This document shows positions 23,767-34,426 of a stretch of DNA of 64,000 bases, in pieces (the first letter of the stretch is position 1; the number at the start of each line of letters is the position of its first letter). A program made the position numbers and the translations under genes. The stretch is from Eukaryota sp. TZLM1-RC (taxonomy: Eukaryota; Protista; Metamonada: BaSk clade). The stretch is from the NCBI GenBank assembly GCA_040285825.1, contig JAUPSS010000004.1, forward strand, positions 186,001 through 250,000, read 5' to 3'. A model generated the notes under the pieces. The model was not told where the DNA came from and ran no database searches. It saw only the letters and a list, made by a program, of their open reading frames with translations.

Positions 23767-24990
23767 TTAGCCCTTTGGCTTTGGGCAGTCTTTTACCATA
23801 TGGCCGGGCTCCTTGCAATAAAAACAAGTTATGGGAGAGGAAGACTTCTGAGGAGAGAAATATTTTTGCTCAGAACGAGGACTTTGACGGGAAGGTGAGG
23901 ACTTAGGGGTGGAGCGGACAGAATAAGACTTGTTAGCAGAGCGGTGGGCCTGGGGAGTTTGAGAGTTCTGACGAGAGGGTTGAGATCTAGGAGGAGGAGG
24001 GTTTGAGCCATGCAGAGTATAGTAAGCAGAGTACGGGAGGTGATAGGAAGGGAGAAGCTGACGGAGGCGAGAGACTGAGGAGGAGAAGCTATCAATAGAG
24101 CCAGTTTCTATGTCGGTTCGGATGATAAAGCGGAGTATCTCGGGACGTATTCCATTCGCAAAGAACTTCATACGAGCAGATTCAGGTAATTCGGAGGGAC
24201 AGAGTCGGAGTTTCTTGAGGAAGACAGAGATATAGGAGGTAATAGCTTCTTCAGCGGTTGGGGCAGACAGATTGAGTTTCAGAGATTGGAGCTTGTGATA
24301 AGCTTCAGCAGAGTCTTCGAAACGGCAAAAGGATAACAGGTGGGAAAGGACGGCTTCGGGGTCATTAGGGTCAATTCCTTCGAAGATCTCGAAGGTTTCC
24401 AACACCACAGGAGCAATAGTACATAATACGTACGGCAGCATAGCTTGATGAGGCTGATTTTCAGAGACGAGGCGGCGCTTTTCAAAAGTAGCAACATTGG
24501 TCGTGTCAGAGGAGTCAGAAGGAGGTTCTTGGCTATCTTCATAATTCATCTCGGAGGGAAGTTTAAAGTTTCGAGGGTTCAAGGACGTGCTAGGCTTTCT
24601 GGTACTGGTGGAGACAGGGGTGGATTCGGAGGGGTCTTCAGTACCCAGTTCGGAATTCTCGGCGAGAGAAAGTTGGGATTTCAGAGCAGCGACTTCTTGA
24701 GCGAGAGCCTTGATAGCTTCTCGGTCAGAATCACATGAGGAGGACTCGGATGCCTTCGTGCCGGAGGGAGACTGAGAGTGAGTGGAAGACGGATATCTTC
24801 TTGTCATGTCTGACGAGACATGATTGGAGGACATACGGGATACGTACACCTTAAGCGCTTCCACATACTGGGAGATGGCTTCTCGACCAGTGTGTTGTAA
24901 ATATGGAGCGACTTGAGGGTACCTGGCTACAGAGGTGGATTCTCTGGGGTCCACAGTAATTACTGTTGGCTTCAGTGCACGGTTTTCCAT
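23767..24990 (-). CDS. gag: Gag-like protein with CCHC zinc knuckle
   Basis: 407 aa; helical capsid-like region (FFANGIRPEILR) and CFYCKEPGHMVKDC. The first ATG lies inside the 5' LTR. Confidence 0.85.
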   Translation of the reverse strand: MENRALKPTVITVDPRESTSVARYPQVAPYLQHTGREAISQYVEALKVYVSRMSSNHVSSDMTRRYPSSTHSQSPSGTKASESSSCDSDREAIKALAQEVAALKSQLSLAENSELGTEDPSESTPVSTSTRKPSTSLNPRNFKLPSEMNYEDSQEPPSDSSDTTNVATFEKRRLVSENQPHQAMLPYVLCTIAPVVLETFEIFEGIDPNDPEAVLSHLLSFCRFEDSAEAYHKLQSLKLNLSAPTAEEAITSYISVFLKKLRLCPSELPESARMKFFANGIRPEILRFIIRTDIETGSIDSFSSSVSRLRQLLPSYHLPYSAYYTLHGSNPPPPRSQPSRQNSQTPQAHRSANKSYSVRSTPKSSPSRQSPRSEQKYFSPQKSSSPITCFYCKEPGHMVKDCPKPKG

Positions 24991-25132
24991 AAACTTAATA
25001 AAAACAGATGTTTATAGAACGGAGGTAGAAAATCAACAATAAACTAAACATAAACAAATTTAAACTAATGATGACGTGATACATCACATCATACTTTCCG
25101 AAATTGGCAAGAGGAGTTTAGCCTGGCTAACA
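24964..25132 (-). repeat. 5' LTR of element 1 (169 bp)
   Basis: Direct repeat of 20899-21068. Confidence 0.95.
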
Positions 25133-25620
25133 CGTTGAGGTGATTTAATTGCTCCTTTTGTGGATTCCTCTCAAGTTGTTGTTGATTTTACTACAGTTGA
25201 TCCCTTTGCTTTTTTTTATCGTGATGGTGTTTTACTTAGTGCTAATGGTCATTTAAACAAGGCTGAAGATCGTAAAAGAGATAAATATATTGAGATATCA
25301 AATGATTTAAATAAGAATCTTTACTCGAAGTTTTCGTTTGTTCCTTTTGGCTTTTCGATTTTTGGCAACATTGGACAGTCCGCCTTGAATTTTATCAATG
25401 ATTTTGGTAATTTATGCCGTTCAAGTGGTAAGAATTTTGCAGGGAATTTATGGAAGAATCGTATCATTTTCGCTTTGTACAGAAGTGTTCCCAAGTACTT
25501 GAGTTTAATGATGTCCAAGCTGTATAAGGATTCATCAAGAGTTGGAGTGGAGAATTTTGTTTCTTATGTGTTTTAGTTTGTTTTGTTTTGTTTTGATTCT
25601 TCATAGAAAATAAAATTCAA
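25133..25620 (+). mobile_element. Family B non-LTR copy, right part (RLE domain and 3' tail)
   Basis: GDLIAP...VVVDFTTVDP...AEDRKRDKY...FSFVPFGFSIFGNIG is a PD-(D/E)xK RLE-type C-terminus, followed by (GTTTT)n and an A-rich tail. Confidence 0.8.
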
Positions 25621-25645
25621 TAATAATTTTATTTATTATTTATTA

Positions 25646-25800
25646 ACTAGTGCAGTTCTGGATGTCTGATAAAAAGGCAGCAAAAACGGGATTATTAATC
25701 TTAGTCACACTAAGTCGTTTAGAAAAATACAGGTCTTCAAAACCAATTAGAACAGACTTCTGTAATTTCACAACAGCAGGATGAAGATTGGTAAAAGATC
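25646..25800 (-). mobile_element. Inverted internal fragment of family B
   Basis: Near-exact reverse complement of about 20437-20591. Confidence 0.8.
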
Positions 25801-26119
25801 AATTAATAAATTTATTAATATTTTATTAATAATTTATACTGATGATCTATTAATAAGTTGGTTACTGTCTTCTTTGTTTTTATGAACAAGGTATCTGAGG
25901 GAAGATCAATTTAATCTCACGTGTTTCAGTACTGATAGTCTTTGTGAAGCCATATAAGTGGTCAACCAACCTTGTGAAAGTAAATCTGTCAAGAAATCTG
26001 GTAACCCAGGCAGTTGTTAAGTTGTTGAGGCTTCATTAGAAATTTGCAACACTTCTGGGCACTTGTTGTTATGAATTTTCCAATTCTAATGATTTAAATT
26101 GTTCCAAATTGATAAAGGA

Positions 26120-26362
26120 AATTTTTGAATGATTTCCAATATTTGGTTGAAGAAAAAACAATGAAGAGATTTGATGTCGGTTGTGGCGGTCACGAATTCA
26201 ATTTGCAATTGGTAATAGATTACCTTGGTTGTTCAATCGAATTAGAGAAGCTTTAGCGAAACAGCAAGCAGATCAAGATTTTGTAGAGGAATTCTTGGTT
26301 CTTTAATTTAGTGTCAATAGTAATGAGTTCATTTTGTTAAGTATGGAAGTTCAATAAAAAAA
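26120..26362 (+). mobile_element. Degenerate 3' end of family A
   Basis: Matches KTMKRFD...RIREALAKQQADQDFVEEFLV plus the 3' UTR of 31920-32125. Confidence 0.75.
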
Positions 26363-26916
26363 TATTTAATGTCTCAACTTGTGAAAATTTTACAATTTCA
26401 TCCACTAGTGCTATGAATTTACACAAAAAAGTTAACGAGTAGGCAACTTCAGTGATGTGGGTACTGGCTGATGAAGATAAATTACTAATGATTTAGATTA
26501 TGCTTCCAGATCAGTTTTACCCCCGGATTACTGGGGCAGTTACTGGGGCTTAACCTGGACAGTTACTACCTTATTGAGATCGCCGAGTCCTGCGACGAAA
26601 CAAATTTAATTTCGAAATAAAACATTAGTGAAAAATGTGATTTATTTCCATTATTAAACACATGGCTAACAGTAGAGAAGTTATACTTTGGTTTAGAAAT
26701 GGTGGCAGAGGTCCTTCTCTCCATGGTGCAAAATGCACCAGAGAGATATCTTTAAAAGTACTACGGAGTGGGTTGATTATATGACCTCTGCCAAAGTCGA
26801 TTGCAGCACGGGGTTTGATTAAATGCTTCTATATTTGATGGGTTAAAGACCAAATACATCTAGCTTCATTCATATTGAAAATGTTAATTGTTGATGCTTC
26901 ATTAATTTCACTCATC

Positions 26917-27892
26917 ATGGAAGATGTCACAACTTCCGCTTCTGCCGCTTTCCTCAAATGCTTATTAGTTTCTTCGTCCCTTACGTTCCCGCTTCTTCTA
27001 CTATACTCGATCTACTTCATGTTTGTCAAGAGAAAGCCACAATCACTCAGGCTCCCACTTCAAACCACTTACTCTCCTGATATCCATCCCGATCGGCTAT
27101 TCGATGCCCCCACAAATGATCTATCTATTATCATACCAGCTTACAATGAGGAGAAACGGCTTCCTGACACACTAGTAAACACTTATAAATACTTTGCATC
27201 TATTCCAAATTTTAATTTTGAAATAATAATAGTGTCTGATGGTTCAACAGATGATACAATGAACTTTGTCCACACATTTTCCTCAACTCACCCCTCCGTT
27301 AGGTACGTCCAATTAGGCAGAAATAAGGGAAAAGGCTTTGCTGTAAAAACAGGCTTTCATTTTGCAGCTGGTGAAATGGTCTTGTTTATGGACGCTGATG
27401 GTGCTACTGACCTCAAAAGCTTTAAAAAACTCAATGTTCATCTCTCTCGGCTTCTCCATTCAGACCTATCCTCCCCCGCTGTTATCTTTGGTTCCCGTGC
27501 TCATTTGGTTGAAGAATCCATGGTACGAAGGTCATTGCTCCGGACGCTGTTGATGAAGGCATTTCATTTGGTTGTGTGGTCTGTGGTAGGATCAAAGATC
27601 AAGGACACGCAATGTGGATTTAAGTATGTGTTTGTCTTTTTCTTCTCATTTCAGATTGTTTTCTCGTTCTGCTAGTCAAATCATCATACCGGGTCTTCAT
27701 ATAAATCGTTGGGCATTTGATGTGGAGATTCTATACCGTGCCTTGAAGCTTGGGGTTGACGTAGAGGAAGTAGCCGTGGATTGGGAGGAGAAGGAAGGTT
27801 CAAAGTTGAATATTGCATCAGATTCACTCCAAATGTTACGGGATTTGGTTTATATTAGATTGTGTTATCTCTTTGGCATTTGGACAATTTAA
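26917..27892 (+). CDS. ALG5: Dolichyl-phosphate beta-glucosyltransferase, one 31-nt intron (27624-27654)
   Basis: N-terminal TM, IIPAYNEEKRLP, VSDGSTD, NKGKGFAV, FMDADGAT, FGSRAHL. Splicing gtatgt...tttcag gives DTQCGFKLFSR, then RWAFDVE and GSKL. Confidence 0.92.
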
Positions 27893-28089
27893 TAAACTTG
27901 TATAGCTATTTCTGGAAATACATTACCAATATGGCAATATGGCTGTGATGCCACGTGTCACGTAAACGCTGTACAAAGTCAGAGTTTGTTGTTTTTTATC
28001 TACTTAAATTCTATCAGTTTTTACTGCTTTTAAACGTCATCAAGAAAAACAAAATTTGTTAAAGGAAATAGGAATAAAATAATTAACGG

Positions 28090-28550
28090 AATTAATGCCG
28101 AATTTTCAAACAACATATAGCACATGTTCTTATTTACTTTTTGGTGATAACATTTTGAGTTCATCAAGTGGTGTAAAACAAGGAGATCCGTTAGGACCTC
28201 TTTTATTTTGTTTGGCCATTCATCCTATTTTATTACAAACTCAAGGGATGTATCCTTCGCTAAAAATGATTGCATATATGGATGATGTTGTGCTTATTGG
28301 TGATTTAAATATTGTGAAACAAGCAACTGTATGTTTCAAAGAATTATTTACCAAAATTGATCTCCGACTTAATTTACTTAAATGTGTTTTGTTATCGAAT
28401 TCTCCAGTTTCCACAATAGTTGATGGTATTGAAATTCAAGCCAAATTATATTCAATTGATGCTATTCGTCATTTGGGTTCGTTTTTAGGAAATAATGATG
28501 AAATTACCAACAAATTGTTTGAAAAGTTGAACTCAATTTCCGATAAAATT
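28090..28550 (+). mobile_element. Family A non-LTR retrotransposon, RT-domain part (5'-truncated; continues at 30706)
   Basis: SSSGVKQGDPLGPLLFCLAIHP and AYMDDV are RT motifs of CRE/SLACS type. Confidence 0.88.
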
Positions 28551-30689
28551 TCATTTACAGTTTTGCTGTTAAAAGCTTCAACAAAAATTGTCAAAGATTT
28601 TTGAAAGCTTGGATTTTGATGTTAGACTTGGCTTTGCCAAGAAAAAGAATCCCGCTTTTGCAAATCTTTTACAAGATATGTGTGACAGTACTTCTTCTGC
28701 CTTAGTAACAACAATTCCACAAGTTAATGGTACTCTCTTATCCGATTCTGCTTGGACTCTGAACATGAGATTTCGTTCCTTTATCTGGCCTGATAATTTA
28801 CCTCATAATTTAATTTGTAAATGTTCTCGAGAAATTACAACTACTCATTTGTTAAATTATTGAATTTGCACACTTGATTAAATTAAATCATAACTAATGG
28901 GACGACTATCATTAAACCAAGATTTCCTCTACAAAATCTTGATTTGCTTGCTGTCTAGCTAAAGCTTCTCTAATTCGATTGAAAAACCGCGGTAATCTAT
29001 TAATAATGGCAAATTGAATCCGTGAACGCCATAAAAAAATATCAAATCTTTTCATTGTTTTTTCTTTCACCATTTTTTGGAAGTCATCCAAAAAAGTTTC
29101 TGCTTCAACTGATAATCTTCCATTTATCGAAAATGGAAAAGCAATAAAAACCAGCTGTGTATTTCTATCGATATTTGCAACTTCAATTTCTTTATCATAT
29201 TTTCTATGTTTTTCTTTTGCTTTAAAATCCAGAGCAGCCACAGGATTAAGTTTTCTTCTGTGAACCAAAGTATCGTTTGCAACATTACATGAGACAAAGT
29301 CAACAATAGCTTCAGAATTATCAATCCAATCACAGTATACATCACCTCTATCATCAGAACCAAAATTATTCAGAGAAAGTGTTTCTTTCAGCAGGGGCTC
29401 TTTGATACACGATATCCTTGCAGTTTGTGCCATATTGAAAACAGTGTCTCTAACAGCATCATGTAATGAAGAACGATAAGTTATCAATTTAGAGCAATTT
29501 AGAGCATGGCGCAAAGTGAGTTGAGGTGAATTCGAACAAATACATTTTTCTTTTGATAATAATTGGTTAATGGGGATGTTCAAATATAATCTCATTTTTG
29601 TTACAAATGCTTCATTAGTAGCACACAATCCAAATCTTCGTGGTACAATGGTTACAAAAAGTGAAGAATCTGACACCTTGTTTTCACAAACACCCTTTTC
29701 CAATAACAATGAGTGAAGATCTTGATTTAAAACAGCCGAGCTGCAAATATTATTATAAAGATCTTTTTCATACATTCCAGTCAATCTTTTCTGTAATGTT
29801 CGAAGAGTGTACTTCAAATTTAAAACATTTTTTTCTGAAATATTGCCATTGAATGATTGGGGAAAACATCGACCCCATTTTTCTACATCAATTCTTGAAA
29901 TTTCTTCATTTAATGCAAAAACAGTGGAACTTTGCGTTGTCATCAATAAATCTTCCCAATCTGCAAATCTTTCGGAGAACTCAAAGATTGCATTTCTGCA
30001 TCCACCAACAAAAGCACACGAGGTAAGAATAGAAGCCTTTGTTAAATTGTAAACATTTTATTACTTTTAGAAGCAAGGTTCATGATGCTGTAAGAGACCA
30101 GTTATATTGTATGTGTAAATCTCATAGAATTGAATCCTTCTTGGAACCTCTGTTGTCAAATCTGTTTGATGCTGAAAATGATTTTCATAAGAATAATAGA
30201 GGTGATGTCATATTACATGGATTAGATGGAAGCTTCATTTTATTGGATGTAATGTCTGTTGATCCTTGTAATGCCTCAAATGAAAGGCTTGTTAATTCTG
30301 AAATTCATAATCCCCTTACAAATGCTGAAAATTTTAAATTCAAAAAATACAATGAACCTTTGTCCAAATTGGCCAGTCTACAGCATGCAAAATACAATTT
30401 GTATCCATTTGTATTTTCCCTTTTTGGTTCACCTGCACCAACTGCTTTACGTTTTTTGGATGATTTTGAAATGATTGTAAAGAGAAGAACTGGCAGAAAT
30501 TTCAACAGATTGTTTTGGCAAAATAGAATTGTGTTTTCTATTTTTAAGGGGATGTTGAAGATGGTTTCTGATGCTTTGCTTTCTCTTGGATCTCACTATG
30601 AGAGAGTTGCATCTAGTGTTTTTGTTTTGGGAGAGATGGATTTTTTAGATGTTGACTTATGGGTTTAGAATAAAATTAAATTTAAAATA
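28551..30689 (+). mobile_element. Family C RLE non-LTR copy inserted in family A (itself split by an inverted family A copy)
   Basis: Flanked by the 16-bp TSD aatttccgataaaatt (28535-28550 / 30690-30705). ORFs 28588-28863 and 30039-30668 join as ICKC...HLLNCKHF...HDAVRD...EP...RGD. Confidence 0.85.
28859..30037 (-). mobile_element. Inverted 5'-truncated family A copy (Zn finger + RLE, ORF 28912-29946)
   Basis: Near-identical reverse complement of ~30943-32122; 11-bp TSD tttgttaaatt (28848-28858 / 30038-30048). Confidence 0.88.
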
Positions 30690-30705
30690 AATTTCCGATA
30701 AAATT

Positions 30706-32170
30706 GACCGAATGATGAATTTAGATATAAAAAAACACATCAAATTTACCATTATAAGACTGTGTTTTAGTTCCAATTTTAATCATATATTTCGATCTAC
30801 AAATCCTCTCGTCACTAGACCTTTGGCTCAAAAGTTTAATGAGTTACGTGCAAAAGTTCTGTCTCAATTACTGGGATGTAAAATGTTTCAAATTCCAGAT
30901 CATGCTTACCTTAACCCACATTATGGCGGTTTAGTGTGGACGAAGGCTTCTATTCTTACCTCGTGTGCTTTTGTTGGAGGATGCAGAAATGCAATCTTTG
31001 AGTTTTCCGAAAGATTTGCAGATTGGGAAGATTTATTGATGACAACGCAAAGTTCCACGTTTTTTGCATTAAATGAAGAAATTTCAAAAATTGATGCAGA
31101 AAAGTGGGGTCGATGCTTTTTCCAATCATTCAATGGCAATATTCCAAAAAAATGTTTTAAATTTGAAGTACACTCTTCGAACATTACAGACACGATTGAA
31201 TGGGATGTATGAAAAAGATCTTTATAATAATATATGCAGCTCGGCTGTTTTAAATCAAGATCTTCACTCATTGTTATTGGAAAAGGGTGTTTGTGAAAAC
31301 AAGTCATCAGATTCTTCACTTTTTGTAACCATTGTACCACGAAGATTTGGATTGTGTGCCACTAATGAAGCATTTGTAACAAAAATGAGATTATATTTGA
31401 ATATCCCCATTAATCAATTATTATCAAAAGAAAAATGTATTTGTTCGAATTCACCTCAACTCACTTTGCGCCATGCTCTGAATTGCTCTAAATTGATAAC
31501 TTATCGTTCTTTATTACATGATGCTGTTAAAGACACTGTTTTCAATATGGCACAAACTGCAAGAATATCGTGTATCAAAGAGCCCCTGCTGAAGGAAATA
31601 CTTTCTCTGAATAATTTTGGTTCTGATGATAGAGGTGATGTATACAGTGATTGGATTGATAATTCTGAAGCTATTGTTGACTTTGTCTCATGTAATGTTG
31701 CAAATGATACTTTGGTTCACAGAAGAAAACTTAATCCTGTGGCTGCTCTTGATTTTAAAGCAAAAGAGAAACATAGAAAATATGATAAAGATATTGCAGA
31801 GGATAATGCCGATAGAAATACACAGCTGGTTTTTATTGCTTTCCCATTTTCGATAAATGGAAGATTATCAGATGAAGCAGAAACTTTTTTGAATGACTTC
31901 CAAAAAATGGAACAAGAAAAAACAATGAAAAGATTTGATATTTATTTATGGCGTTCACGGATTCAATTTGCCATTATTAATAGATTACCTCGGTTTTTCA
32001 ATCGAATAAGAGAAGCTTTGGCTAGACAGCAAGCAGATCAAGATTTTGTAGAGGAAATCTTGGTTCAATGATAGTCGTCCCATTAGTTATGAGTTAATTT
32101 AATTAAGTGTGCAAATTCAATAAATACTTATTGAATAAAATAATAATAAAAATAATAAAAATAAAGAAAT
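30706..32170 (+). mobile_element. Family A non-LTR retrotransposon, 3' part (thumb region, CCHC, RLE, A-rich tail); frameshift near 31145
   Basis: PHYGGL, CICSNSPQLTLRHALNC, HDAV, KEP, DRGDV, VDFVS, KEKHRKY, FPFSINGRL; ends in an AATAAA-rich tail. Confidence 0.88.
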
Positions 32171-32695
32171 AATACAGAAGACAAGTACCGCTCTTAAACA
32201 ATGAAACAATGGATCAAATTTGGTGATTTTTCAATGTACTGTTCCAACAAGTAACGATACCACTGTAAATGCTTTTACGCTTCCAAGTATTACTATCAAA
32301 CATCAGTGCAGGTAACATCATGAAAAGAAGGTAATTCAAATACAAGACGCTGTTGTTGGTTACCACATTCAAAAATTATCAATATTGTTTTTACAGAGTT
32401 CAAACACAATATTTGTGAATAGAAATGATAAAACATTGATTTCTAGTTTCTTAAACTAGATGTGGACCTCAAAAGCTCTGCAACGCAGTGTTTTCTACTG
32501 ATCATTTTTTAATTTTATTTATTTGAGTGAATTAAATGTCATAAATATTAAGTCGTGAATAGAGACATTGATCGAAGGGATGAATCCTTTCAAAACCCTT
32601 TTGTTATTGTTGCAGGCAATATTGAATTAGCGATTTAACATTTGATATTGATGAGGCTTTGGTTATAGAATGGTGATGGGGATGATATATCAAAA

Positions 32696-33190
32696 TCAAA
32701 GTCACACAGAATTGTTTCCTATTTACAACCATTATTCTCTCACTTGGTTGATGAAGATACTTTGACTTCTTTTGGTCGTAATAGAGGTGATTTTATGCTT
32801 GAAGTTCTTGAAGGGACGACCATCATTACCGATATGAGATCAACTGATGTGGTAATTATTCTTTTATGTTTTTAGCTCAGTCAAAACACAAGAATCCGCT
32901 CTCTGTTGCTGAAAAATCGAGAATTGGTAAATATAAAGCAAAGTTGCTTTCCTTGAATGCTAAATTTCTTACTCAATTTCCAATTTTCCGTCTATATGTC
33001 CAATTACATTCTCCTTATGAAACTCCCTTGGACATATTGCTCCATCATTCTTGGATAATTTTGTTGTGAAGCAGTGCACGTAAAGTGTTTGTGATAAAGT
33101 TGATCGCCAGCTTAGAATTGGTTTTTCTCCAATTGTTAAAGGTGTTGCTCGCTTTACGTCTTCTGCTCTATTCTCTTGGTCGGTTATATG
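32696..33190 (+). mobile_element. Degenerate family D RLE non-LTR fragment
   Basis: KSHRI...NRGDFMLEVLEGTTIITD; near-identical to 58675-59165. Confidence 0.7.
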
Positions 33191-33319
33191 AAATGAAAAA
33201 TTTGCAACTCATTGTTTTGACAGATTTGGTATAGATAAAGAATTTTAATTTTGGTGTTGCTAAGTTTTAAGCTTTTAATTGGAATTAATAACTTTATTTA
33301 TGTAATGTAATGTTTGATG

Positions 33320-34350
33320 AAATTTCCTTGAATCAATACATCCTTTATTGGAGTTTCTCGAAAACATGGTTCAAGAATTGCCTATTGATGTGTAGAATAA
33401 GTGTTTTCTTCACGTTTGCCTTCTGTATCATCGAGATCTGTGTTTCATCTTCATCTTGCTGTTGTGAAATTGTGAAATTGAAAAAGTCTGTTTTAAATGG
33501 TTTTAAAGACCTGGATTTTTCTAAACGACTTTGTGTGACTAAGATTAATAATCCCGTCTTTGCTGCCTTTTTGTCCAACATTCAAAATTGCACAAATTTA
33601 ATTTCTCTACAAACAAGGCCATTTAGTATTCACTTAACAAAAGAAGCTTGAAAACAAAAAATACGTTTGAACTTAGGGTTGTATTCAAGTGGACTTTTGG
33701 ATAATTCTGCTTGTATCTGCAACGAAAAACCGCCTGTCAATTTCTGTCATTTTGTAAGTTGTAAGAGGTTTCTTCAATATCAGTCAGTTCTTCATAATGC
33801 TGTTCGTGATGTGACATATGAGATGTTTAAGTGTTACAATTTTTGTTGCAAAATAGAACCCTGGTTGAAGCATTATAGTGATAATAATTTGTTTGATTCT
33901 CGTTGTGGTGATTTAATTGCTCCTTTTGTGGATTCCTCTCAAGTTGTTGTTGATTTTACTACTGTTGATTCCTTTGCTTCAATTTATCGTAATGATGTTT
34001 TAATTAGTTCTAATGGCCACTTGGACAGGGCTGAGGTTTGTAAACGAAACAAATATGCTGAGTAATTGAATGATTTAAATAAGAACCTTTACTCGAAGTT
34101 TTCTTTTGTTCCTGTTGTCTTCTGGATTTTTGGTAACATTAGTCAGTCTGGTTTGAATTTTCTCAATGATTTTGATAATCTTTGTCGTTCAAGTGGTAAG
34201 GATTTTGCTGGGTGTTCAAGGAAGAATCGTATCATTTTTGCTTTGTATAGAAGTGTTCCCAAATATTTAAATGATGTCCAAGCTTTACAAGAATTCTTCA
34301 AGAGTTGGTGTGGAGAATGTTGTGTCTTATGTGTTTTAATAATTAAATTA
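33320..34350 (+). mobile_element. Degenerate family B copy (shows the LTR-free empty site)
   Basis: Colinear with 20270-20898 + 25133-25575, with several stops and frameshifts. Confidence 0.82.
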
Positions 34351-34426
34351 AAATTTAATTTATTTAAATAACTTGTTTTCCAATTTCCTTTTAAAGACCT
34401 CATCCTTTTCCAGTCTTCTCCATTAT

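Larger units (their letters stand above)
20899..25132 (-). mobile_element. Gypsy/chromovirus-type LTR element (4234 bp) lacking recognisable PR/RT/RNase H
   Basis: LTRs 20899-21068 and 24964-25132 (TG...CA, ~4 differences), 4-bp TSD CGTC/CGTT, polypurine tract, Gag and integrase ORFs. Removing it rejoins the family B frame (NSR.GDLIAP; compare DSRCGDLIAP near 33900). Confidence 0.92.

Noticed and set aside
26519-26570. Short ttactggggc repeats and hairpin
   Set aside because: Too short, with no partner end or TSD found in the window; cannot be assigned.
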